Below are positions 8,073 to 16,791 of a stretch of DNA of 24,467 bases, piece by piece. Position 1 is the stretch's first letter, and every line of letters starts with the position of its first letter. This DNA comes from Anaerohalosphaeraceae bacterium. GTDB lineage: Bacteria > Planctomycetota > Phycisphaerae > Sedimentisphaerales > Anaerohalosphaeraceae. The position numbers were made by a program, and so were the translations under genes. The stretch is taken from positions 1-24,467 of the forward strand of contig JBNRMN010000087.1 in the NCBI GenBank assembly GCA_050309605.1. The letters are read 5' to 3'. The notes below the pieces were generated by a model, which was not told the DNA's origin, searched no databases, and saw only the letters and a program-made list of their open reading frames with translations.

Positions 8073-11000
8073 TTATTGTACCCGGAGGTTTCCTCGGCTG
8101 GTCACATTGGCGCCGCTCGGCATCTTTGACGAAACCGTATTGATCACATTTCCGACAAACGCGGCCGACGCGGTCGTATCCATGTCCAGGAATAATCGAC
8201 CGGACGGAGTCGTCCCCAGGTAATCGCGCAGATTGCCGCCAAGATTGTGAAGGACAGCCGTGTTCCTGACCCGGAACACGCCGCTCTGACCAACCGGGAA
8301 CAGGTGGAACAACTGAAGCCGTACATCGCCGCCGTTGATCATGGCGCTGTATTGATGCGTGCCCCAGCCGGCCGAACTGAACATTCGAAAGACCCCGTCC
8401 AGAGAAGCGCCCGTTTCGAGGTACCGCCCCACAGTGCCGTTGACGGTCACGATCTGAGAATTGATCATATCCAATCCGCCGCTGCCGATAGAATCGATCT
8501 GCAGCGCATTGGTGCATTGATCAACACCCATGCCCAGGCAATGACCGGACGGGCCAAACCCGCCTTCCTGTACAGTATGGACGCCCTTGGCGCCGCCAAA
8601 GACAAAGTTTTGATGCAGTACCTGGCCGGTCATATGGCCGAACAGGTACGGCGTTGCATCCCGCCACTGGATTTTATGGACATTGTCCGCTGTCCCGATT
8701 GGAATACTGTCGTAATACAAGCCTTGATGGGTATAAGCCGACGGATTGAGCTGGACGTTGTGAAGCTGCCCGTCTGTCGTGCCGTGACCGATATGAATTC
8801 CTGTTTTCAGTGCGGTCGCGAAAATGTAATCAACATAATGCCGATCACATCGATAGGTCGCCAGGTCAAGCAGTTGATACGGGATCGTTGCAGCAATGTT
8901 TATCACATAAATATCCGCACCGAGTCCGCGAATTAAGTAGGGGTAAGGAACAAATCCGTACATCCCGGTTTGCGGATCATCATCATTCTCATCATAGATC
9001 TGTTCGGGATAATGGAAATTCAGGCCCCGCACACCGGACTCGTGCTCAAGCTGGATAAAGGGCGTCCCGTCGGCATGGCTGCGGCCGGCATAGACATTGA
9101 GCAGACTGCCTTTTTCGCGGGTGCTGTGGGACGTATCGTAAATCCCTCTCAATTCAACGCCGGTCGGGACGACCAGCGTGCCGTTGAGGCGATAGTTGCC
9201 GCCCGGCACAAAGACGATCCCGCCGCCGTTGGCGCCCGCATCGGCCAGCGCCGCCTGAAAGGCGCCGGTATCATCGGTCACGCCGTCGGCCGCTGCATGA
9301 TAGGGGGCATCCGTTACGACATACAGGTCCGTCTTTGCGGATTGATAGGCCATTGTCGGTTTCTTGAAATCATATGCCGGCAGGGGATCGGCCGCAACAG
9401 GAGCAGAGTCAATGAGCACCGGATACGACGTGTTGTTAATAATCTGAGCACTGCCGGCAAATGTATTGCCCTGAAGGGTCGCCCCGCGGACCCCGCCGGA
9501 AACCCGGATGTGATGGGGCGACGCTGCGCCAAAGCGCGAATTGATAACCGATATATAGCCGCCGTTGAGATTCAAGGGACCCTGGAGGTCCGATGACATC
9601 ATCATCACCCGTGCGGCGCCGTCGCTGAGAATCGCCTCGACGGACGCCTGAATGCTGCATGTATGGAACAGAGTGGCCTGATCTGCGGAGGGCGACAGGT
9701 AAACGCCCCGTTCGGCGCTCTGGATATTAAATCGCGTAAACTGATAACCGGCATTGGCGCTGGCCTGGATATAAACGCCTGTTTGGCAATTGAGCAGATT
9801 AAACCTATACGATTGGCCGTTGGGATACTTGCCGTCATAACGCGACGGCCGTAACGCCAAACCGATGTTGTATCCTTCCACCGTCACATAACAGGAATAC
9901 GACCAGTCGATGCGGCGAACGATCAGACCGGTGCCGTGATCGTAAAGCCACCCTTCATGCTGCCCGGCGGTCGGGGCGCCGGCCAGGCCGGAACCGGCCC
10001 AGTAGGCCGGCGAAAAGTGAACCGTCTCGATGCGCCCGATGTCCGCCAGACAATCGTACTCAATGCCTGTCTTGAGCGGCGTCCCATAAACATTCCGAAC
10101 AAACGGACGGGCGGTTGTGCCTTCTCGAAAGGTGGTTACGCCGAAATAACTATTGACAAACGTTACGTCTTCAACCGTTCCGCCGTCCATCTGAATCGTA
10201 GGCGGATAAGGCTGAATATCGGTCGGCAGCTGTTCGGGATACCAAATCGTGATTCCCTTGATCCCGGCACTGCCGATCAGCCGGATAAACGCAGCGGCGT
10301 TCTCGTCTCCACGGCCGGCGTACGCCTGCAGAATCGTCCCGTCAATCGGACTGCCGGGCTGCGGCTGCGGCCAGTCGCCCCGAAGGGTCACTTGAGCCGG
10401 AATGGTCAATGTGCCGCTGACTTTATACTGGCCTGCCGGCAAAAACAGCGTTCCGCCGCCCAGATTATCGATTGAGATCAGGGCCGTCTGAAGCGCGTCG
10501 GTCACATCGGTCTGACCGTCTGCAACAATGCCGAAATCCCCGGCGTCATACGGCGTTACGATGATGTCATCGGTCGGATAAATCGTCTCGACAACCCGCC
10601 AGGTGGTCATAATCCCCCCAAGCCAGTTAGACGCAAGAACAGCAAAATCGCGATAGTTCACCAGACACCACGGATCAAAATTGGCCGGACTGTCGCAGTC
10701 GGAAACCAACCAGTCGGAAGCCAGCATCGCCAGATCGCCGATGTCCACGCCTCCGTCTCTATTGATGTCCCCGTCCACCGGCTCGAACGCCTGAATGGTT
10801 GTTTTGCCGTGATGCGTTGCGTTATAATCATAGAGAACTCGACCGGCGCCGCCATAGGCGACAATTTTTCCGGCTGAAACATAATTGCCCACCTCATTCG
10901 TTCGGTCGCCATTGATCACAATATATCCCGATTCAACATTGAGAATCGAAGCGCCTTTGATCGAATTGACACCATCCATTCTGTTCAGATTCAGAACGCC

Positions 11001-12482
11001 GCCGTCTCTGACATTCACGTAGCCGGTACCGCCATTCCACCCCAGCCCGAACTGCTGTGAGACATTGACCGTACCGCCATCGATATCCAGAATGCCGATT
11101 GAAGGAGAAGAAAATCCAATCCACATATGACCGCTGATATTGACAACGCCTCCGCCCTCAACGATCATCCGATTACTTGTTCCGCTATTGTATCCGATAC
11201 TCGACCAGGACGCCGTTGCAGTCAGACATCCTCCGTTTTGAACGCGAATCGTACTGTTGGCGTTTTGAACCAGTTGGTTGAAAATGTGGGAACCGGTGAC
11301 CCGACTCTCTGCCCGATTGGAATTGGTAAAACGGCAATTGAAGTTCCCGTCCGGACGTTTTGGATTGGTGCCCGTCCAATGGCTGGCGGTTGCCCAGTTA
11401 CCCGGCGATCCTGTTTTATTCCAAATGATATCCGTCGTTGTAGCCGACCATGTGGTGGCACTGGCGGGAGCCGATTCGTCGGTCTGAATGCCGAAAGGAT
11501 CCCGCAGGGTGACCGTATAGATATAGGTAGTCTCAGCCTGCAGGCCGGTCGCCGTAAAGACAGGGTCGGACTGCCAGCCGCTTGTCAGGCCACCGGGATT
11601 ACCGGAAAGCTCCTTGAAAAGATATTGCACCGGCCCATTGACAGACCAACCGACGGTTGCGGTCATGGTAATCGTATTGGCTCCGATGGCAACCGGCGGC
11701 AAAGAAAACGTCGCCGGATTCGGACTGGGCGGCGTCGGATCGACCGCCAAGGCAGTGATTGTCGTCTTGCCGGGATTTCTGTCGTCATAGTCATAAATCA
11801 AGACCCCAAGACCGCCATAAGCAACGATTTTTGTTCCTTCCCACGCACTGATCGCACCGGCGCCGTCTCCATGCATTAGAATCGTTCCCTCCCGTACGTC
11901 GATGAGCATATCACCGCCCATCGTCAGCGTGCCCGCACGGATATCCACCACCCCTCCGCCATCCACCGTGAGCAGACCAAAGCCGTCATCTAGACCCATC
12001 TGCAGATTACCGGTATGGATTATCACCGTGCCGCCGTCCACAATCAGATGCGATGGCACACCGTTCGCTTCGGTCAAGGCCCTGCGTCCGACAAACAGAC
12101 GGTGGGCGGTATTCAGCGTTCCGCCGGCTTCGACAATCAGGGTCGCCGGCCGGTTGTAGCCCACCGCCGACCAGCTTCCGACGGCGTGTGTCGTCAATGT
12201 GCCGCCGTTTACAATTCTTAAAAAGGTTCCGGTTTGTGTACCGTTATCGCCCATGGCGAGCATGCCGACCCCCACTGCCGTCTCCACGATACACTCGGCG
12301 GCGCCGTCCACATTGAACTGGGCCTTATCCGCCAAATCCGGCAAGCCATTGGTCCAGTGGGCCGCGTCGCTCCAGCTGGCCGCAGCCGGGTAACTCGCGG
12401 CAGGTGACCACACGGTATCGGCAGCCGCAAAGGCCCCGATCACAAGCACAAGCGCCGGTATGAAACGTGAAAAACGTGGCAT
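8073..12482 (-). CDS. Large secreted putative polysaccharide-degrading enzyme: beta-solenoid domain, Fn3, second beta-solenoid domain, dockerin-like pair, two tandem pectate-lyase-3-like beta-helices (GH55/GH87-like fold)
   Basis: Start moved to ATG 12482 (MPRFSRF...; AGAGGA RBS at 12494-12489; signal peptide ending AFAAA). Fn3-like DPTPPSPNP...GLQAETTYIYTV. Dockerin-like GDINRDGGVDIGDLAMLASDWL and VNYRDFAVLASNWL. Beta-helix cap motifs DFGIVADGQTDVTDALQTAL...GGGTLFLPAGQY and ADGVTDDTGAFQAAL...GGGIVFVPGGNY. Confidence 0.85.
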   Translation of the reverse strand: MPRFSRFIPALVLVIGAFAAADTVWSPAASYPAAASWSDAAHWTNGLPDLADKAQFNVDGAAECIVETAVGVGMLAMGDNGTQTGTFLRIVNGGTLTTHAVGSWSAVGYNRPATLIVEAGGTLNTAHRLFVGRRALTEANGVPSHLIVDGGTVIIHTGNLQMGLDDGFGLLTVDGGGVVDIRAGTLTMGGDMLIDVREGTILMHGDGAGAISAWEGTKIVAYGGLGVLIYDYDDRNPGKTTITALAVDPTPPSPNPATFSLPPVAIGANTITMTATVGWSVNGPVQYLFKELSGNPGGLTSGWQSDPVFTATGLQAETTYIYTVTLRDPFGIQTDESAPASATTWSATTTDIIWNKTGSPGNWATASHWTGTNPKRPDGNFNCRFTNSNRAESRVTGSHIFNQLVQNANSTIRVQNGGCLTATASWSSIGYNSGTSNRMIVEGGGVVNISGHMWIGFSSPSIGILDIDGGTVNVSQQFGLGWNGGTGYVNVRDGGVLNLNRMDGVNSIKGASILNVESGYIVINGDRTNEVGNYVSAGKIVAYGGAGRVLYDYNATHHGKTTIQAFEPVDGDINRDGGVDIGDLAMLASDWLVSDCDSPANFDPWCLVNYRDFAVLASNWLGGIMTTWRVVETIYPTDDIIVTPYDAGDFGIVADGQTDVTDALQTALISIDNLGGGTLFLPAGQYKVSGTLTIPAQVTLRGDWPQPQPGSPIDGTILQAYAGRGDENAAAFIRLIGSAGIKGITIWYPEQLPTDIQPYPPTIQMDGGTVEDVTFVNSYFGVTTFREGTTARPFVRNVYGTPLKTGIEYDCLADIGRIETVHFSPAYWAGSGLAGAPTAGQHEGWLYDHGTGLIVRRIDWSYSCYVTVEGYNIGLALRPSRYDGKYPNGQSYRFNLLNCQTGVYIQASANAGYQFTRFNIQSAERGVYLSPSADQATLFHTCSIQASVEAILSDGAARVMMMSSDLQGPLNLNGGYISVINSRFGAASPHHIRVSGGVRGATLQGNTFAGSAQIINNTSYPVLIDSAPVAADPLPAYDFKKPTMAYQSAKTDLYVVTDAPYHAAADGVTDDTGAFQAALADAGANGGGIVFVPGGNYRLNGTLVVPTGVELRGIYDTSHSTREKGSLLNVYAGRSHADGTPFIQLEHESGVRGLNFHYPEQIYDENDDDPQTGMYGFVPYPYLIRGLGADIYVINIAATIPYQLLDLATYRCDRHYVDYIFATALKTGIHIGHGTTDGQLHNVQLNPSAYTHQGLYYDSIPIGTADNVHKIQWRDATPYLFGHMTGQVLHQNFVFGGAKGVHTVQEGGFGPSGHCLGMGVDQCTNALQIDSIGSGGLDMINSQIVTVNGTVGRYLETGASLDGVFRMFSSAGWGTHQYSAMINGGDVRLQLFHLFPVGQSGVFRVRNTAVLHNLGGNLRDYLGTTPSGRLFLDMDTTASAAFVGNVINTVSSKMPSGANVTSRGNLRVQ

Positions 12483-12559
12483 CGCAAATCCTCTGTCTCT
12501 GATTGTTTCGTTTAATGTCAGTCGCTGCTGCAATGATCAAGTAATCAGATATTATTCAA

Positions 12560-12589
12560 AGGGGTTGCGAGCCAAAACCCGCAACCCCT
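12560..12589 (-). terminator. Stem-loop / partial intrinsic terminator downstream of the PEP-CTERM gene
   Basis: Minus strand AGGGGTTGCG-GGTTTTGGCT-CGCAACCCCT: perfect 10-bp stem, extendable by G.U pairs, followed by TTGAAT (short U tract). Confidence 0.7.
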
Positions 12590-12610
12590 AAAATCAAGTA
12601 TCCAACCTCG

Positions 12611-13411
12611 TTATCGTGTTTTCTTCTTTCTGAGCAGCCCCGCAGCCCCCAGGCCCAGCAGAGCCAGCGTCGTCGGCTCAGGAACCACAACGGTCGTTAA
12701 GTCTAAAGCAGAGTCATATGTCGCTTCTACATCGCCGAGAATACCATTGCCGGCGATTAATCCGTTGGCAGCATACGTTTCTATCACGCCAACAAAATTT
12801 CCCGGCAGGGTAACTATGCCAGTTCCCATGATGTTCAAAAGCGAGTTCTGCTTAATCGAGGTCTCTCCATCGCCATGGATATTTGACAGGGCCAAAAGAC
12901 CACCGGAATAGACATTCACAAATCCATCTCCGCCGTTCCAGCCAAGCCCAAACATCTGGGCAACAGTAACGGTACCATAAATATCCACTGTACCCGCGGC
13001 ACCGGGATTGAAGCCAATCCACGCATGGTTACCAAAATTGAACGTGCCGCCGGACTCAACGATCAGGTTGGCGACATTATTCCACCCAATAGAGGACCAA
13101 CCATCGGTGCGGGTGTTAAGGATCCCGCCGTCCAACACGCGGATGACACCACCCGGGCCGCCGTCGCCTTGAACCAATTGCCCCGCATCAAAGGTTCCCG
13201 CTACCTGGGCCTCTGCGGCATCAGTAACATTAAACACGGATTTACTATCCCCATCGGTAACCGGGACTCCATTGGTCCAGTTGGCCGCATCTCCCCAGTC
13301 GCCCACATCCGGCGGATAGATACCATTGGCCGCGGGGTTCCACACGGTGGCGGCGTTTGATACACAAACCAAGCTGACAACCATTAACAACACAACTAAT
13401 TTTCTCATCAT
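12611..13411 (-). CDS. PEP-CTERM sorting-domain surface protein carrying one copy of the repeated beta-solenoid domain
   Basis: Start moved to ATG 13411 (or 13408), GGAGG RBS at 13420-13416; signal peptide MMRKLVVLLMVVSLVCVSNA; C-terminus VPEPTTLALLGLGAAGLLRKKKTR (PEP at 12682-12674, TM helix, basic tail). Confidence 0.92.
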   Translation of the reverse strand: MMRKLVVLLMVVSLVCVSNAATVWNPAANGIYPPDVGDWGDAANWTNGVPVTDGDSKSVFNVTDAAEAQVAGTFDAGQLVQGDGGPGGVIRVLDGGILNTRTDGWSSIGWNNVANLIVESGGTFNFGNHAWIGFNPGAAGTVDIYGTVTVAQMFGLGWNGGDGFVNVYSGGLLALSNIHGDGETSIKQNSLLNIMGTGIVTLPGNFVGVIETYAANGLIAGNGILGDVEATYDSALDLTTVVVPEPTTLALLGLGAAGLLRKKKTR

Positions 13412-13450
13412 TCTGCCTCCAAAAATAAAAGGTACTTGCAACAAATCGCC

Positions 13451-13473
13451 TGCCGTTCCACAGTGAAACGGCA
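13451..13473 (-). other. Small stem-loop in the 5' UTR of the PEP-CTERM gene
   Basis: Minus strand TGCCGTT-T-CA-CTG-TG-G-AACGGCA: 10-bp stem with one U.G pair, 40 nt before the start codon. Confidence 0.55.
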
Positions 13474-13532
13474 ATCGCGTCCTGCCGCATCTTTCGATTG
13501 ACACATTCATCATACGTTCCACATCCCCATCT

Positions 13533-13566
13533 CGGACACCCCGGACGCTGCCGCCCGGAGTGTCCG
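13533..13566 (-). other. Strong intergenic stem-loop
   Basis: Minus strand CGGACACTCCGGGCG-GCAG-CGTCCGGGGTGTCCG: 15-bp stem with two G.U pairs (C/A mismatches on the plus strand) and no U tract on the minus strand. Confidence 0.7.
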
Positions 13567-13596
13567 TTTTGAGGTCAATAAACGACTCCCGACCCC

Positions 13597-15186
13597 TTAC
13601 GGCAGGGGGACAGGCGCCGTTAAACTGTAGTCCGTCAGCCATTGAGAAGCGATCCTTGCAAAATCATCCAGATTCACTTTACAATCAAGCGCCCCCGGGA
13701 TATCGCCCGGATAATCAGCGCCCCGGCCGATGGCCCGTGCCGCCTGACAGGGGTTGTCCGCACAATCAAGCTGGACTGACGCAGAATTGGACACATTCAG
13801 CCCATCGTCCACCGTTACAGTCACGGTAAACGGTCCAGAGTGATAATCCACCGTCACGGTCGGATTGGGATCGGTGTTGCTGGGCGTAAAGACGATATTC
13901 GGATCATCAAGATTCGTCGTCCATTCATAAGCCACCATGGTAGGTTCGCCCTGGACCAGCTCCGTGGCCAATTGAATCGGCACACCTTTCCACGTAATCG
14001 TCGGCGGCGTGGTAATGTTCACCAACGGCGGCAATATATTTGTGACATCGAATTTATATACGTCACCTTTGACGACAACGAAATTGGGATCGGTTTCATA
14101 GTCAACAATTGCCGGATCGCCGTAAAGATACGAATCGACCTTCCAGTAATACGTTGTGGGAGGGTCTCCAATAACCGGGGCATTGACCATGACCGTCGTT
14201 GTATTTTCGCCGGCAACGACCACTGGGGTGAAATCAGCATAACTGGAAAAATTAGGATCATTCTCATCTTCTATCCATGTCGGATCGGTTCCAAACCAAA
14301 CGTCCACCCAAACCGAGTCGCCCGGCTCTGCCGGCTCCAGGTTGGTCCAGGCCAACGCCACATCAACGGCTAAAATCGTCTGGTTGTACGCCGGATAAGG
14401 ATCCAGAGCAGACATCGCGGTAATCGTTGTCCTTCCGGGGTTGGTCACGTTATAGTCATAGACCAATGTTCCGGCACCGCCAAAGGCCAGTATTTTTCCG
14501 GCCGCTGCATAGTTTTCAACAGCCGTGACCCGATCGCCGCCGATAATCACCGTCCCAAATCGTATATCAAGGAACGATCCATCCCAGATTGAGCTGGTGT
14601 TATCCCACTGATTCAAATTCAGAACGCCCTCATTGACATACATATGGGCGACGCCGTTTTGTGAACCGTTGTACCAACCCAGTCCGAAATTTTGGCCAAC
14701 GTTAATGGTGCCGCCATTTATAAAAATCTCGCCGACTCCGGTATTTTGCATGCCGTTCCACATATGACCCCCGGAGTTCAAGACGCCTCCGGTCTCTACG
14801 ATCAACGTAGCGGGCCTGTTATACCCGACAGACATCCATTGGCCGACACCGGTCGTAATGCTGCCGCCATCCATAATACGCAGCACGTTGTTTTGCTCCG
14901 CGGCCCCTCCATCACCCATTACCAGATGATGAACACCCTGTGCACCCGTCACAATACACTCGGCGGCCCCGGCCACATTAAACACGGCCTTGGTATCCAA
15001 CGGCGGCTGCTCGGTCCCGAAGCCCGGAAGCCCGTTGGTCCAGTTGGCTGCAATGTTCCAATTTGATACGCCGTCCACGATTGCATTTGGGTCGGGATTT
15101 CCCGCCGGGTTCCACACCGTTGTTGCAGCGGCAAACCCTATCGTCCACAAAACGACGATTAAACATACTATTTTTTTACATCTCAT
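13597..15186 (-). CDS. Secreted protein: beta-solenoid domain, Fn3/Ig-like, PKD-like, single C-terminal dockerin-like motif (paralog B)
   Basis: Start moved to ATG 15186 (MRCKK...), GGAGG RBS at 15199-15195; signal peptide; DVWFGTDP...TYYWKVD; YEWT...TVTVTVDDG; C-terminal GDIPGALDCKVNLDDFARIASQWL. Confidence 0.85.
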   Translation of the reverse strand: MRCKKIVCLIVVLWTIGFAAATTVWNPAGNPDPNAIVDGVSNWNIAANWTNGLPGFGTEQPPLDTKAVFNVAGAAECIVTGAQGVHHLVMGDGGAAEQNNVLRIMDGGSITTGVGQWMSVGYNRPATLIVETGGVLNSGGHMWNGMQNTGVGEIFINGGTINVGQNFGLGWYNGSQNGVAHMYVNEGVLNLNQWDNTSSIWDGSFLDIRFGTVIIGGDRVTAVENYAAAGKILAFGGAGTLVYDYNVTNPGRTTITAMSALDPYPAYNQTILAVDVALAWTNLEPAEPGDSVWVDVWFGTDPTWIEDENDPNFSSYADFTPVVVAGENTTTVMVNAPVIGDPPTTYYWKVDSYLYGDPAIVDYETDPNFVVVKGDVYKFDVTNILPPLVNITTPPTITWKGVPIQLATELVQGEPTMVAYEWTTNLDDPNIVFTPSNTDPNPTVTVDYHSGPFTVTVTVDDGLNVSNSASVQLDCADNPCQAARAIGRGADYPGDIPGALDCKVNLDDFARIASQWLTDYSLTAPVPLP

Positions 15187-15234
15187 CTTTATGGCCTCCA
15201 CAAAAAATGTTTTCTTTATTATAGTCCGGGTCGT

Positions 15235-16791
15235 TTACGGGATAACCGTCGGCTCTGTGAGTGCATAGTCTGCCAGCCAATCGACAACGAGCGCCGCAAG
15301 GTCTGAAATATCCACCACACAATCATCCCCTGCGATATTCATTGGATAGTCGTCCGCAATACCGGCGACAACCGCCGCGGCACACGGATCAGCGGCCACA
15401 TGCAGCACCATTGAATCGGAATCCATTTCAGGATTGGCCGCGTCCCAAACCGTCGCCGTCAAGGTAATGGGGCCGGCAGCATAATCAACCTCGACAACCG
15501 GATCTTTGGCCGTGGTGCTCGGGAAGAATACGGCGTTCGGATCGCTGGCCGTCCATTCAATAAAGACCTCAGAGGGACCGCTTTTGGTTATCGTCGCCTG
15601 CAGTTGAACCGGTTCATTGATCCAGGTAACGGTATCGGGCGTGTCAATGACGACGGTCGGCGGCGTATCATCGTTAACGTCAAACCTGAACACATCGCCT
15701 TCGATCACGGGGGTTTCAGGGTCATCATAGTCAACCACTGCCGGATCGCCGTAAATGTAAGAATCCACCTGCCAGTAATAGGTGGTGGGCCGCATATCGT
15801 CGAAAACCGGCGCATTGACCGTTACGGTCGTGACATCCTGTCCAGCCGCAACCTCTTGCGAGTACGCCGGGGACAGCTTGTTCGGATCGGTTCCGAACCA
15901 GACATCGACCCACACCGGGTTGCCGGGCTCGTTGGGATCCAAATTCGTCCACACCAAATCGACAGGAGCGATTTCGCCCGACGGAACCGGTAACACGTCT
16001 CTGTAACCCGGCCAGGGATCCATCGGATGGGTCGCTCTGACAAGGGTCCTGGTTGCCCCTTCAAAAGGTTCTCTTGTGACCGTCAATTGGCCGGCGCCGC
16101 CAAAACCAACAAGAGTTCCAGCGTTGATACGACTCCAAAGCCGGCTGGGGGCGGTCGCATAATTGTTATCAATCACAAGGGTACCGAACCTGACATCGCA
16201 AAGAGAACCTGGCTCGTCGAAATCATCCGGATAGTAACGCATCCGGAAAATACCATCATTAATCGTTAAAAAGCCATTACCTCCTGCCTTTCGCCCTAAA
16301 TCGACAGCGTCAGCAACACGGACATATCCTCCATTGATAACAAGTCTTCCAATACCGCCGTTTTCCATTCCAAACCACAGGTGGGATTCCAAAAGAACCT
16401 GTCCGCCTTCTTCGACGATCATCGTACCTCCATCATTGTTGTACCCCAAACCGCTCCAGCCGCCACCGGTTTTACGAATGACGCCGCCGTCCATCACGCG
16501 AATAATGTTCGTAAAAGCGCCGCCGTCTCCTGTGACCAGGCTCTCCGAAAACGGCAGTGTGTCGGTTGTCACCTGACACTCCACGGCCGCACCGGCGGCA
16601 TTAAACACGGGCTTTTGGTCAACGTCTCCGGGGAGCCCGTTGGTCCAGTTGGCTGCAATAGTCCAGTTGGACACCCCGTCCACAATGTCGTTCGGGTCCG
16701 GATTCGCCGCCGGGTTCCACACCGTTGTTGCAGACGCCGGCCCGGCCGTCAACAAGACGGCTGCCAAGCATATTACAGTGATTCTTCTCAT
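15235..16791 (-). CDS. Secreted protein with the same architecture as 13597-15186 (paralog A)
   Basis: Start moved to ATG 16791 (MRRIT...), GGAGG RBS at 16804-16800; signal peptide ending PASA; collinear with paralog B along its full length; C-terminal NIAGDDCVVDISDLAALVVDWL. Confidence 0.85.
   Translation of the reverse strand: MRRITVICLAAVLLTAGPASATTVWNPAANPDPNDIVDGVSNWTIAANWTNGLPGDVDQKPVFNAAGAAVECQVTTDTLPFSESLVTGDGGAFTNIIRVMDGGVIRKTGGGWSGLGYNNDGGTMIVEEGGQVLLESHLWFGMENGGIGRLVINGGYVRVADAVDLGRKAGGNGFLTINDGIFRMRYYPDDFDEPGSLCDVRFGTLVIDNNYATAPSRLWSRINAGTLVGFGGAGQLTVTREPFEGATRTLVRATHPMDPWPGYRDVLPVPSGEIAPVDLVWTNLDPNEPGNPVWVDVWFGTDPNKLSPAYSQEVAAGQDVTTVTVNAPVFDDMRPTTYYWQVDSYIYGDPAVVDYDDPETPVIEGDVFRFDVNDDTPPTVVIDTPDTVTWINEPVQLQATITKSGPSEVFIEWTASDPNAVFFPSTTAKDPVVEVDYAAGPITLTATVWDAANPEMDSDSMVLHVAADPCAAAVVAGIADDYPMNIAGDDCVVDISDLAALVVDWLADYALTEPTVIP

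Larger units (their letters stand above)
10790..16728 (-). repeat. Five dispersed copies of a ~230-aa Gly/Trp-rich domain (approx. 16030-16728, 14416-15123, 12690-13348, 11751-12416, 10790-11430)
   Basis: Recurring motifs in the same order: TVWNPA; WxxAA(N/H)WTNGxP; KxxFNxxxAAE; GDGG; RxxDGG; WxxxG(Y/W)N; (L/M)IVExGG; HxWxG; FGLGWxGG; GKIxAxGGxG; YDY...GxTTIxA. Not every motif is present in every copy. Confidence 0.9.

Noticed and set aside
7927..8517. 196-aa minus-strand ORF bridging the two largest genes (possible frameshift fusion)
   Set aside because: Arg-rich shadow composition; the downstream gene has its own RBS and signal peptide, and the spacer holds an RNA hairpin.
13412..13642. 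Long N-terminal extensions in the ORF track (also 12483-12533, 17763-17828, 19195-19251 and the 5-codon extensions of paralogs A and B)
   Set aside because: Downstream ATGs have proper SD spacing and, for the exported proteins, put the signal peptide at the N-terminus; the extensions overlap neighbouring genes, hairpins or UTRs.
10790..16733. Repeated domain as a CRISPR array or diversity-generating retroelement target
   Set aside because: The repeats are protein-level paralogy with scattered substitutions. There is no regular repeat-spacer pattern, no reverse transcriptase, and no adenine-specific variation that I could see.
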